A DNA stretch of 52,003 bases from positions 1-52,003 of the forward strand of contig JAFRLF010000001.1 in NCBI GenBank assembly GCA_017431365.1, in the 5' to 3' direction. Source of the stretch: Clostridia bacterium. GTDB taxonomy: Bacteria; Bacillota; Clostridia; Christensenellales; Aristaeellaceae. Position numbers and translations under genes: made by a program. Below are positions 38,515 to 47,410 of this stretch, piece by piece. Below the pieces are notes generated by a model. That model was not told where the DNA came from. It worked only from the letters and a program-made list of their open reading frames with translations, and ran no database searches. How positions within the stretch are numbered: the first letter of the stretch is position 1; every line of letters begins with the position of its first letter.

Positions 38515-40053
38515 TCACTCGAACCACTCGAGCCTCTGATTCACGTACGACGCGATGTCGTTCATCTCGCCGGCGATGTACTCGTCCCAGCGGCTGCCCG
38601 TCGCCTCGTTGAACGCGGCCGCCAGATCGCCCACCGAGGCGATGCCCCCGCTGTGCCCGCGCACGTAGATCCCAAGGCCCCTGATGAAATCCTCCCGCCC
38701 CATGAGCGCGCGTATCTCGTGAAGGACGGCCGCTCCCCGGTCGATGACGACGATCCCGTACTCGGACAGGGAATCGAAGCGCGCCGCCGCGCTGTCCGGC
38801 TTGAGCCCTCCGGGGATCGTGATCCTCAGCGACTCAAGCACGAGCGCGTTGAGCGCCCTGAGATAGGCCGCGTAACCGTCCCGCTCCTCCGTGAGGAGAA
38901 GCGCCAGATACGCGCACAGGCTGTCCCGCAGCCATGGCTCCCGATCGGAATCGGAGCCCACGGCCACGCCAAAGTACTGTCCCACACACAGGCGGTCGAC
39001 GGCGGTGCGAAGGTCGTCCTCCCGACCGCGCTTCAGCAGGGACACGGGCACCTGCACGAGTCCCGTCCGGCTCAGTCCGTCGCGCGCGTCGTCCGTGACG
39101 ACGAGGGTCAGCCCTTCCTGTCCGCAGGATCCGAACCAGCTCTCACAGGCGTTCATGGCAAAGAGCGCCTCGTCCAGGATGGCCCGCGCGTGCGCGCGCG
39201 TGTCCGCCCACGCCGTCAAAGGCAGGCCCGCGTCCGTCTCCCCCTCCGCGGAAACCAGGCCCCTGTGAATGACCATGGCAAAATCCCGGGCGGAAACGGC
39301 GGTAAAGTGATGCGCGACCTGGCCGTCAGACGCCGCGGCCGAGCCGTCGGAGCGGCCGGTCGCGCAGACGGCATAACCTTCGGGCAGAGTCAGGGTCACG
39401 TCGTAGTCGCTCGCGTCGAAGAGCATGGGATCGATGCACAGCGGCCACGCGCTGAGCGCGTAGTCCGCGGCATAGGCGTCGTACGCCGCGCATATGGGAT
39501 AAAATCCGTTCAAGCGCCAGCCCATCTCCCCCGCGCCGATGGCCCACCCGTTCCAGGAGAGCAGCAGCGTATAATCCAGCCTGATCTCGGCTTCCTGACC
39601 CGGCTCCAGCGCGCACTCCACTCGCATGAACTGCTCATACGCTCCGCTCACGCTCCAAACTGCCGCTTCGCCGTCCACGGCGACGGAAAAAAAATCGACG
39701 CCTCCCGGCGCGAATCCCGCCGGAAAGACGTCGTCCCATTCGCCCTCCTCGATGGGGACGGCCTCCTGCCTGCGCAGCGTGTTGGCGTAGAGGCAGAGCC
39801 ATACCGCGTCGACACTTCGCCCCGTCGCGTTGACGAGGTGTATCGTCTCGCTCACATAAAGGGCCTGCGCGTCGATATCCGCCGCGCAGTTGATCGTATA
39901 TCTGTTTCTCTCCGGCGCGCCGGCGTCTTCGCCCTCGCCCAGCGCCACGAGCGTCACCAGGGAGTATCCCAGGCTCAGCACCATCAGCACGGCCAGTACG
40001 ATCGCCACGATCTTGCGCATGCGCGCCCTTCTCCCGAGGCCCGGTTTTTTCAT
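38515..40053 (-). CDS. Hypothetical membrane-anchored extracytoplasmic protein (512 aa)
   Basis: N-terminal signal anchor (IVAIVLAVLMVLSLGYSLV). Large Ala/Gly/Asp-rich ectodomain with no confident motif; HEIRA is not an HExxH. Start immediately after the dusB stop; alternative start at 40020. Confidence 0.55.
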   Translation of the reverse strand: MKKPGLGRRARMRKIVAIVLAVLMVLSLGYSLVTLVALGEGEDAGAPERNRYTINCAADIDAQALYVSETIHLVNATGRSVDAVWLCLYANTLRRQEAVPIEEGEWDDVFPAGFAPGGVDFFSVAVDGEAAVWSVSGAYEQFMRVECALEPGQEAEIRLDYTLLLSWNGWAIGAGEMGWRLNGFYPICAAYDAYAADYALSAWPLCIDPMLFDASDYDVTLTLPEGYAVCATGRSDGSAAASDGQVAHHFTAVSARDFAMVIHRGLVSAEGETDAGLPLTAWADTRAHARAILDEALFAMNACESWFGSCGQEGLTLVVTDDARDGLSRTGLVQVPVSLLKRGREDDLRTAVDRLCVGQYFGVAVGSDSDREPWLRDSLCAYLALLLTEERDGYAAYLRALNALVLESLRITIPGGLKPDSAAARFDSLSEYGIVVIDRGAAVLHEIRALMGREDFIRGLGIYVRGHSGGIASVGDLAAAFNEATGSRWDEYIAGEMNDIASYVNQRLEWFE

Positions 40054-40056
40054 ATT

Positions 40057-41028
40057 TTATGACAGCCTCCTCAGATAATCCGTAAGCAGTTCGCCGAGCG
40101 CCTCAAGGGATTCGACGCTATTGACCTTCTCCCTGACGCGGGCGGCGCCGGGCATGCCCTGGATCGACCAGGCCACGTGCTTGCGCATCTCCCGCATGGC
40201 CAGGGGCTCTCCCAGCCAGTCCGCCTGCATGCGGGCGTGCCGAAGGATCAAACCGATGCGCTCCGCCGGAGAAGGCGGTGTCCACGGCTTGCCCTTCAGC
40301 GCGGCGAGGATCTCGGCAAACACCCAGGGATTGCCCTGCGCGCCCCGGCCGACGGCCACGCCGTCGCAGCCCGTCTCCCGGATCATGGAAAAATAGTCCT
40401 CTGCCGAGCGGACGTCCCCGTTGCCGATCACAGGAATGGTGACGGCTCTCTTCACTTCGGCGATCACGCGCCGATCCGCGCGCCCGGCGTACATCTGCGT
40501 CCGGGTCCGGGCATGCACCGTCACGGCCGCCGCGCCCTCGTCCTGCGCGATGCGCGCGATCTGCGCGGCGTTGACGCTGTCCTCATCCCAGCCGGAGCGG
40601 ATTTTCACCGTCACGGGGAGGGAGCTGCCCTTCACGGCGGCTCTGACGACCTGCCGCGCCCGCTCAGGCTCCCTCATCAGGGCCGAGCCTTCGCCGTTCC
40701 CGACGATCTTGTGCGCCGGACAGCCCATGTTGATATCGACGAAGTCAAACCCCCGTCCGCTCAGGCGTCGGGCGGCCTCCTCTATATACTCCGGGTCTCT
40801 CCCGAACAGCTGCAGGCCGAGGACGCCTTCGTCCCCGCCTCTGGCGAGGATGGCGTCCATCGCCCGCGTGCCCTGGGGCGCGTAAACGTAACCCTTGGCC
40901 GAGAGCATCTCCGTCACGGCCCAGGCCGCGCCATTTTCAAAGCACAGGCGGCGCATGGGGCAGTCCGTCACGCCGGCCATGGGCGCCAGGCCCGCGCCGG
41001 GCGGCAGCTCAAGCGTTCCGATCCTCAT
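40057..41028 (-). CDS. dusB: tRNA-dihydrouridine synthase
   Basis: MRIGTLELPPGAGLAPMAGVTD..., FMN-binding TIM-barrel motifs (DINMGCP, catalytic Cys). The ORF track N-terminal extension (to 41277) lacks an RBS; the ATG at 41028 overlaps the upstream gene stop (ATGA). Confidence 0.85.
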   Translation of the reverse strand: MRIGTLELPPGAGLAPMAGVTDCPMRRLCFENGAAWAVTEMLSAKGYVYAPQGTRAMDAILARGGDEGVLGLQLFGRDPEYIEEAARRLSGRGFDFVDINMGCPAHKIVGNGEGSALMREPERARQVVRAAVKGSSLPVTVKIRSGWDEDSVNAAQIARIAQDEGAAAVTVHARTRTQMYAGRADRRVIAEVKRAVTIPVIGNGDVRSAEDYFSMIRETGCDGVAVGRGAQGNPWVFAEILAALKGKPWTPPSPAERIGLILRHARMQADWLGEPLAMREMRKHVAWSIQGMPGAARVREKVNSVESLEALGELLTDYLRRLS

Positions 41029-41582
41029 GTCGCCGGCTCTTCCTCCGTCTCCTCCACGATCAGCTTCGTCTGGACGAGGCGGTCGATCTTCCAGCGTCCG
41101 TCCGTCCGGACAAGGCGCACGGAATACCGACCCCCGAACCAGGCGGGCGGCGTCGCCGAAAGCGCTCCGGAGGAAACGAGGTCCTGCCTGTCGCTGTTGA
41201 CGCGGCCGGTGATCCGGGGCACGCGCTCGACGATGGTCGCCGTGGCGGTGTTCTCCCACGGCCAGGCCCACACCCACTCCAGCGACATGCGGTAATTGTA
41301 GTCCGTGACCGTATAATCCACATACGGCGAAGCCCCGCTCAGGCCGATGTTGAGCGTCTCGTCGGTCCTGAGGAAGTTTTCGGTAAAATAGCTGGCCAGC
41401 TCCTCCTCGCCGTCCCGCTGCAGGATGACCTTCACCCGCAGGGAGAGCCCGTCTTCGAGCAGGAGGTAAATGTTGGCCGTATTCATCGCCAGGTAGAACG
41501 CCAGGATCAGCACCGCCGCGATGACGGAAAACATCACCATGCGCTTGGCGACGAACGAAAGAAATCGATGCAAATACTTCAT
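41025..41582 (-). CDS. Hypothetical membrane-anchored protein (185 aa)
   Basis: Single TM (MVMFSVIAAVLILAFYLAM); starts 2 nt after the GH78 stop and ends overlapping the dusB start. Confidence 0.5.
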   Translation of the reverse strand: MKYLHRFLSFVAKRMVMFSVIAAVLILAFYLAMNTANIYLLLEDGLSLRVKVILQRDGEEELASYFTENFLRTDETLNIGLSGASPYVDYTVTDYNYRMSLEWVWAWPWENTATATIVERVPRITGRVNSDRQDLVSSGALSATPPAWFGGRYSVRLVRTDGRWKIDRLVQTKLIVEETEEEPAT

Positions 41583-41584
41583 AA

Positions 41585-44245
41585 TTACCTATTCACGTTG
41601 TCATATTGCCAGCTGAAGGCGTAGCTTCCGGAATCCAGCTCGATCATGGCGTCGTTTTCCGACTGCCACGCCCGGAAGACGCCCGTGATCTCCTCGCTCA
41701 GGATCTTGCCGTTGGCGCAGACCTGGCGCACGTCCGTGTTTTCGAGGATGAGCACGGCCGTCGTGCCGCCGGGGATCGAGACGTTCACATGGCGGGTGCC
41801 GTCCTCGTCGCGCCACTCCGAGCGCACGCGGCCGTAAGGCGTCATCTGCCAGGCCGAGACGAAGGACAGCTCCTCGATGGGGCGCGGATGGATGACCAGC
41901 TCGCGGTAGCCTGGCTTGGACATGTCGATGCCCGCCAGGCAGCGCATCATCCACTCGCCGATCGCGCCGTAAGCGTAATGGTTGTAGCTGTTCATGTCCT
42001 TCGACCAGAAAGTGCCGTCCGGCTTGATGCCGTCCCAGTGCTCCCACATGGTCGTGGCGCCCTTGGTCACGCCGTAGAGCCAGGAAGGGTAGTCCGCCTT
42101 CATGAAGAGGTGTCCCGCCACGTCGTGCGCGCCGCCTTCCGTCAGCGCCTTGCACAGATAAGGCGTGCCCACAAACCCCGTCGTCAGGTGGCCGCCGTTC
42201 TGTTCGATGAGCTCGCACAGCTCGCGCACCAGGCGCGGCCGGTCGGCCTCCTCGCACAGGTCAAAGAACAGCGTCAGCACGTAAGCCGTCTGCGTATGAA
42301 CGGCCAGCCGCCCGTTGGGCGTGATGAATTCCTGCCGGTAGGCCTTGACGATCCTGCGGTAGAGATTGCGCAGGTCCATGGCGTCCTTCTCGTAGCCCAG
42401 CACCTCCGCCGCGCGGCGGCACTCGCGCACGGAGTAGGCGTAAAACGCCGTGGCGATGAGCGTCCTGTCCGTCGCGCCCACATAGCTGCCCTCGTGGGCA
42501 TCCAGACCGAGCCAGTCGCCGAAGTGGAACCCCTGCGTCCAGAGGTCGTCGTCAGAATGCGCGGTGATGAAGTCGATCCACTTGCGCATCGACGGGTACT
42601 GCCGCTCCAGCACGCGCTGATCCGCGTAGCACTTGTACAGCGTCCAGGGCACGATGGTGGCAGCGTCGCCCCAGGCGGCGGAGCCGTAGGCGTCCTTGTT
42701 GAGCACCTGCGGCACGACGAAGGGCACGCCGCCGTCCTCGCGCTGATCAGCCGCCAGGTCCTTGAGCCATTCGGACAGCATCAGCGCGGAATCCATGTTG
42801 ATGCAGGCCGTCCGAGCGAAGATCTGGCAGTCGCCAGTCCAGCCCAGGCGCTCGTCGCGCTGCGGGCAGTCGGTGGGCACGTCCACAAAGTTCCCCCTCT
42901 GGCCCCACTGTATGTTGTGGAACAGCTGGTTGACGCGCTCGTCGGAGCACTCAAAGCCACTGGTGACCTGAATGTCCGAATGGATGACAACGCCGGCGAA
43001 GTCCTTGAGGCGGATCTCTCCCGGCCAGTTCTCCAGCCGGACGTAGCGGAAGCCGTAGAAGGTCTGTTCCGGCTCATAGGTCTCCTCGCCTTCGCCCTTC
43101 AGCGTGTATTTGAGCAGGGCCTGGGCGTTTCTGTAGTTCTCCGTATAGAAATTACCGTCCTTATCCAGGACCTCGGCATGGCTGACGGTGACGGTGCGCC
43201 CCGCCTCGCCGCGGACGGTGAACTTCAGCCAGCCGACCATATTCTGACCCATGTCGAGCACCGTCTCGCCCTTGGGCGTGGTGATGAGCGCCACGGGCGT
43301 GATGGCCATCTGCCGCCGGACGGGGTGATCCAGCTGCGCCACGATATGAACGTTCACGTCCGTCGTCAGCAGGGCGTCCGACCAGCCGCCGTCGTCAAAA
43401 CCCGGCTGATCCCAGCCCGGCGTCTCCAGGCGGGCGTCGTAGTGGGTGCCGTTATAGATGTCAGCGTACAGCACGGGCGTATGCTGCAGGGCTTTCCAGC
43501 TCCCGTCGGACAGAAGGGTCTCTTCCGTGCCGTCCTCATAGGTGACGACGATCTGACAGAGCAGTCCAAGCTGCGTGCCGTAGAAGTTGCGCTGGTCCTT
43601 GTACGCGAGGTAACCGCGATACCAGCCGTCCGCCAGGGAGCAGGCCACCGCGTTTTTCCCCGCCTGCATGAGCGCCGTCACGTCATAGGTCTGGTACTGA
43701 AGGCGGTTATGGTAGCTCGTCCAACCCGGGCTCAGGAGGTCCGGACTGACGGGTTTGCCGTTCAGCCTCAGCGCGTAAATGCCCAGAGCCGTGGCGTAGA
43801 CGCGCGCCCGCTTTATGGGCTTGTCCGGCAGCGTGAATTCCCTGCGCAGGCGCGGCGCGCTCTGCATTTTCGATATGTCCTCGTCCTGCGGCGCGCTGAT
43901 AAACTTCGCCTCAAAGGGCCGGCCCATAAGGCCCGTTTCAAAATACGCCGTCTCGCTCCACTCCACCTCGCGGCCGCGCTTGTCCCAGATGCGCACGCGC
44001 CAGGCGTAACGGGTCCGGGGCTCGAGAGCCGGCCCGTCATACGGGACGAGGACGGAATCCCGGCGGTTGACGCGGCCCGTGTCCCAGAGGGGCGCGTCGT
44101 CTTCCTCGCGGAAGACCTGCAGCCGGTAGGCCCCCTGCAGGATGGGCCCGCTGGACGTGATCTGCCAGCTGAAGCGCGGCTTCGGCTCGTCAAGGCCGAT
44201 CGGGTTGGTTTTGTACTCGGTCGTCAGATTCACCACACTGGACAT
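41585..44245 (-). CDS. alpha-L-rhamnosidase (GH78)
   Basis: 886 aa; N-terminus NPIGLDEPKPRFSWQ and overall block structure typical of bacterial GH78 rhamnosidases; GGAGGTG RBS. Confidence 0.85.
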   Translation of the reverse strand: MSSVVNLTTEYKTNPIGLDEPKPRFSWQITSSGPILQGAYRLQVFREEDDAPLWDTGRVNRRDSVLVPYDGPALEPRTRYAWRVRIWDKRGREVEWSETAYFETGLMGRPFEAKFISAPQDEDISKMQSAPRLRREFTLPDKPIKRARVYATALGIYALRLNGKPVSPDLLSPGWTSYHNRLQYQTYDVTALMQAGKNAVACSLADGWYRGYLAYKDQRNFYGTQLGLLCQIVVTYEDGTEETLLSDGSWKALQHTPVLYADIYNGTHYDARLETPGWDQPGFDDGGWSDALLTTDVNVHIVAQLDHPVRRQMAITPVALITTPKGETVLDMGQNMVGWLKFTVRGEAGRTVTVSHAEVLDKDGNFYTENYRNAQALLKYTLKGEGEETYEPEQTFYGFRYVRLENWPGEIRLKDFAGVVIHSDIQVTSGFECSDERVNQLFHNIQWGQRGNFVDVPTDCPQRDERLGWTGDCQIFARTACINMDSALMLSEWLKDLAADQREDGGVPFVVPQVLNKDAYGSAAWGDAATIVPWTLYKCYADQRVLERQYPSMRKWIDFITAHSDDDLWTQGFHFGDWLGLDAHEGSYVGATDRTLIATAFYAYSVRECRRAAEVLGYEKDAMDLRNLYRRIVKAYRQEFITPNGRLAVHTQTAYVLTLFFDLCEEADRPRLVRELCELIEQNGGHLTTGFVGTPYLCKALTEGGAHDVAGHLFMKADYPSWLYGVTKGATTMWEHWDGIKPDGTFWSKDMNSYNHYAYGAIGEWMMRCLAGIDMSKPGYRELVIHPRPIEELSFVSAWQMTPYGRVRSEWRDEDGTRHVNVSIPGGTTAVLILENTDVRQVCANGKILSEEITGVFRAWQSENDAMIELDSGSYAFSWQYDNVNR

Positions 44246-44319
44246 TTACAGACACCTCCGCGAAGATTTAAGCTGTTTTGTTTGTTTTCACTTCGGGCAG
44301 TTCGTCCTGGACGAAGGAC

Positions 44320-44402
44320 ATGCTCAGTTGTTTGTCCATGATTCTATTTTACCACATGGCTGGATTCTATACTATAATTCTTTGTGCGGTATTTCCATAA
44401 CA
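44320..44402. repeat. ~85-bp intergenic repeat element, copy B (pair of 36816..36898)
   Basis: Same conserved blocks including identical CTGGATTCTATACTATAATT; lies ~75-155 nt upstream of the minus-strand GH78 start; adjacent perfect palindrome TTCGTCC-T-GGACGAA at 44301-44315. Confidence 0.8.
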
Positions 44403-44466
44403 GTTTTCATGCCTGACCCTTTCATATAATCAAGTCATTCTGGCTAGGCCGGGAATCCTTCTCAGT

Positions 44467-45546
44467 TTATTCCATGTTTTCCAGGATATCGATCATCTCA
44501 TTGACCATATCCTCGTCGTTCATGCGGAACTTGATGACCACGCGCCGCGACGCCGCCATGTCCACCGATCCGTTTGCGCGGTAGATCAGGTCGCTGTAGG
44601 AACGGCCGTTGACGGTGACCACCTGCTCAAGCTTGCGCTTGGCCTGGCGGGATATGCCTGTGAATTCATCGCTCAGGATGTACTCGAGCACAGCCCTCGC
44701 CCTGTCCTGGCTCAGCTGCATGTTGTCGAGGTAGGGCCCGGAGTTGTCCGTATGCCCCTCGATGATGATCTGGCTGACGTAAGGCGCGTAACGGTCGCTC
44801 ATCAGAACGGACAGGTAGCTGGGTATAAAGCTGTTGAGGAAGTCCTTGCCCACGTTCTTGAGGTCGTCCTTGCCTACGTCGAACATCATTTCGCTGGAAA
44901 AGACGATGGCGCCCGAATCGTCCACCGACGCGCCGGAGATATTGGACCTTGCCAGCGCGGAAACCAGTTCCTCGACGATGGCGCTGCGCACGCCCACGAG
45001 CCGGTCCAGCTGTTCCTGCTGGCGGATCAGCGTAGCGCGGGCCTCCTGCAGGTCCGCCTGCGACGTGCTGAGCTCGGCCTGAGAGGCGCTGAGCTCGGCC
45101 TGCGCGGTCTCGAGTTCCGTCTGAGCCGCCTCAAGGTCGCGCTTCTGGCTTTCAAGCGCCAGCTCCAGCTCCTCCAGCGTGTTCTGCTGGGCCAGATTCT
45201 GCGCCTGGCGGATCTCCAGTTCCGTCTCCGCGTCGCTGAGCTTCTGGGACTGCTCCTCCAGCTGGCGGTCGCGGTCGTCCAGGGTCTGCTGAGTCTTCGT
45301 CAGCTCGGCTTCTTTGTCCTCGAGGTCGCGCTGCGATTGAGAAAGCTGCGTCTCCTGCTCCTGCAAAAGGGCGCTCTGCCGGTCGAGCTCGGCCGTCTTG
45401 GTTTCAAGCATATCGTAGTACTGATACACGGCGTAGAACATGATGAGCACGAAGATCAGCATCAGTCCGCTCATCAGATCGGAAAAGCTGATCCACAGCG
45501 TGCCGCCGTCGCCCGAGCGGCGCTTGCTACGGCGCTGGCGCATCAC
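44467..45546 (-). CDS. MotB/ExbD-like stator protein with OmpA-like peptidoglycan-binding domain and ~150-aa periplasmic coiled coil
   Basis: TM with conserved protonatable Asp (WISFSDLMSGLMLIFVLIM), long heptad-rich Q/E/L segment, C-terminal OmpA_C motifs (IIIEGHTDNSGPYLDNMQLSQDRARAV...RRVVIKF); ATGA overlap with the upstream MotA-like gene. Confidence 0.8.
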   Translation of the reverse strand: MMRQRRSKRRSGDGGTLWISFSDLMSGLMLIFVLIMFYAVYQYYDMLETKTAELDRQSALLQEQETQLSQSQRDLEDKEAELTKTQQTLDDRDRQLEEQSQKLSDAETELEIRQAQNLAQQNTLEELELALESQKRDLEAAQTELETAQAELSASQAELSTSQADLQEARATLIRQQEQLDRLVGVRSAIVEELVSALARSNISGASVDDSGAIVFSSEMMFDVGKDDLKNVGKDFLNSFIPSYLSVLMSDRYAPYVSQIIIEGHTDNSGPYLDNMQLSQDRARAVLEYILSDEFTGISRQAKRKLEQVVTVNGRSYSDLIYRANGSVDMAASRRVVIKFRMNDEDMVNEMIDILENME

Positions 45547-47126
45547 TGACCACCCCCGCGGCCCATGTGTCGGGCGGCGTCTTCAAGGAACTGAGACGTC
45601 TGCTCCATGTAATCCACGAGCTGGCCGGTCTGCTTGGCATACTGCCGCGCGGCGTCCTCCATGATGGCGGGCATGTCCTTGACCGAGTCGCGGATGCCCT
45701 CCATGAGGCGGGTCAGATCGTCGATGATGTCCTGCATGTTCTGGTCGAACATGCCGAAGGCGTGCTGCAGGTCCTTGTTGACGTCCTTGGTAAAGGCCCG
45801 GTGCGATTCCTGCAGCGCCTCGCCGCTCTGCCGCACCTCGCCGGCCACCTTCTGAAGCGCGGAAGTGGAGAGGGCGCTGTTTTCCGTATAAGCCTGCGTA
45901 AAGGCGTCCATGCGCGTCTGGAAGGAGTCCACCTCGCGCAAAAAGTCGCTCTGCATCTGGCTGATCTGGGAGATATACGCCGCCAGCTGATGGGCCACCT
46001 GCTCCATGCTCTTGATGTTGCCCGCCACCGCGGCGTAACTGTCCTCCACGCGCTGCTGCGCGCCGCCCAGCCGCGTGAGATAGCCGTCGAACTTCACGAT
46101 CAGGGATTCGGACATCTGCTCGATCTCGACGATATCCCTCGACACGCGGTTCAGGCCGTCGATGTTGGCGTTGACCGTCTCCTGCGTCTGCTCATGCCAC
46201 GCGCAGGTCTTGTCGATCATGGTCGCCAGCTGGACGAACTTCCCCTGCAGGGAGGCGTTCATGTTCTCCACGAACTTGTTGACGATGATGTCGAGCCCGC
46301 GGATCTGCTCGCGCGCCGCCACGGTCACGAAGTTGTCCAGGCTCTCCTGCAGGGGCTGCAGGGCCAGCTCCATCTCGCTGCCGATCCGGGCCGCCAGGTC
46401 CCCCGTGATGTCCTGCGCCAGGGCGTGGATCATCTGGGTCTGTTCCTGCTGATAGATGGCGATCTGGGTGATGGGGTCGACGGTGGACATGTGCGCCTGA
46501 GAGGACATGGCGTCGTAAAAGGCCTGCAGCGCCTTGCGCGCGGAGCCCTGGGTCGAGCGCAGGATCAGCGAGAAGAACACGGAGCTAATCACGCCCACGA
46601 TGGACGTGGCGAAGGCGTACCTCATGCCGTCCATGAGTACGCGTATGGCCTCCATCGTGGCGTCTGAACTGTCCAGATTGAAGTCGGCCAGGCCGAGGAT
46701 GATGCCGATCAGCGTGCCCAAAAAACCAAGCGAGACCAGAATGCCGGGCAGCGCGTCCGCGAAGGCGGAAAACCCGGGGTCGAAGATCGCGGTGTCCTCG
46801 TTGATGTAATCGTCTATGGGGCTGGCGTTGTGGTACTCGTCGTCGGCGAAGAGGCGGCTGTTCAGGTACTCGCTCCAGGGCGTGGTCAGCGGCCCCCGCC
46901 CGAGAAAGCGCTTGTCCTGCCAGATCTCCTTGTTGTCGTTGCGGCGGATGCGCCGGGTGCCCTTTTTCAGCTGACGCCTGCACTGCATGACCGGGACGAT
47001 GCACTTCAGTATCCCGACCACGAACAGGACGATCATCGCGACATACACCAGAATCTGGGCGGCGCTGCGGATGCCGTCGCCCATCTGCGAAGTGAGTGCG
47101 CTCCATATGCTGTTCAAAGTCATCAT
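45543..47126 (-). CDS. MotA/TolQ/ExbB-family proton-channel protein with ~335-aa cytoplasmic coiled-coil tail (ZorA-like layout)
   Basis: TM1, basic cytoplasmic loop, TM2 with LGFLGTLIGI signature, TM3 (AFATSIVGVISSVFFSLIL), then long helical Q/A/E-rich tail. ORF track TTG at 47195 lacks an RBS; the ATG pair at 47126/47123 is preceded by AGAAAGGA. Confidence 0.75.
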   Translation of the reverse strand: MMTLNSIWSALTSQMGDGIRSAAQILVYVAMIVLFVVGILKCIVPVMQCRRQLKKGTRRIRRNDNKEIWQDKRFLGRGPLTTPWSEYLNSRLFADDEYHNASPIDDYINEDTAIFDPGFSAFADALPGILVSLGFLGTLIGIILGLADFNLDSSDATMEAIRVLMDGMRYAFATSIVGVISSVFFSLILRSTQGSARKALQAFYDAMSSQAHMSTVDPITQIAIYQQEQTQMIHALAQDITGDLAARIGSEMELALQPLQESLDNFVTVAAREQIRGLDIIVNKFVENMNASLQGKFVQLATMIDKTCAWHEQTQETVNANIDGLNRVSRDIVEIEQMSESLIVKFDGYLTRLGGAQQRVEDSYAAVAGNIKSMEQVAHQLAAYISQISQMQSDFLREVDSFQTRMDAFTQAYTENSALSTSALQKVAGEVRQSGEALQESHRAFTKDVNKDLQHAFGMFDQNMQDIIDDLTRLMEGIRDSVKDMPAIMEDAARQYAKQTGQLVDYMEQTSQFLEDAARHMGRGGGQ

Positions 47127-47410
47127 TCCTTTCTCAGGAGCGGCGGAAAAGCCGGATAACGCGTCAGATAACGGCGGAACGTAAACCGCCGGCAATGCTC
47201 AGACGAAAGAATTGAAGCGATTGTTCAAACTACGCCATATTTATTCTATCATCTTTCTGTTAAAGGAATATTTGCTGCCCGTTTGCCGCTTCCCGGACAG
47301 GTTTTACCCGCCTGTGATTGAAATACCGCCGGCGATATGATAGGATATTATATTATCTGCGCAATCAGACCTTTTCATTCGCTGAGTGTTTTGCATAAAC
47401 GAGGTGCCCT

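Noticed and set aside
38515-40053. M1-family zinc aminopeptidase assignment for the 512-aa membrane-anchored protein
   Set aside because: The only HE-containing stretch (HEIRA) is not an HExxH motif and no downstream Glu ligand block is evident.
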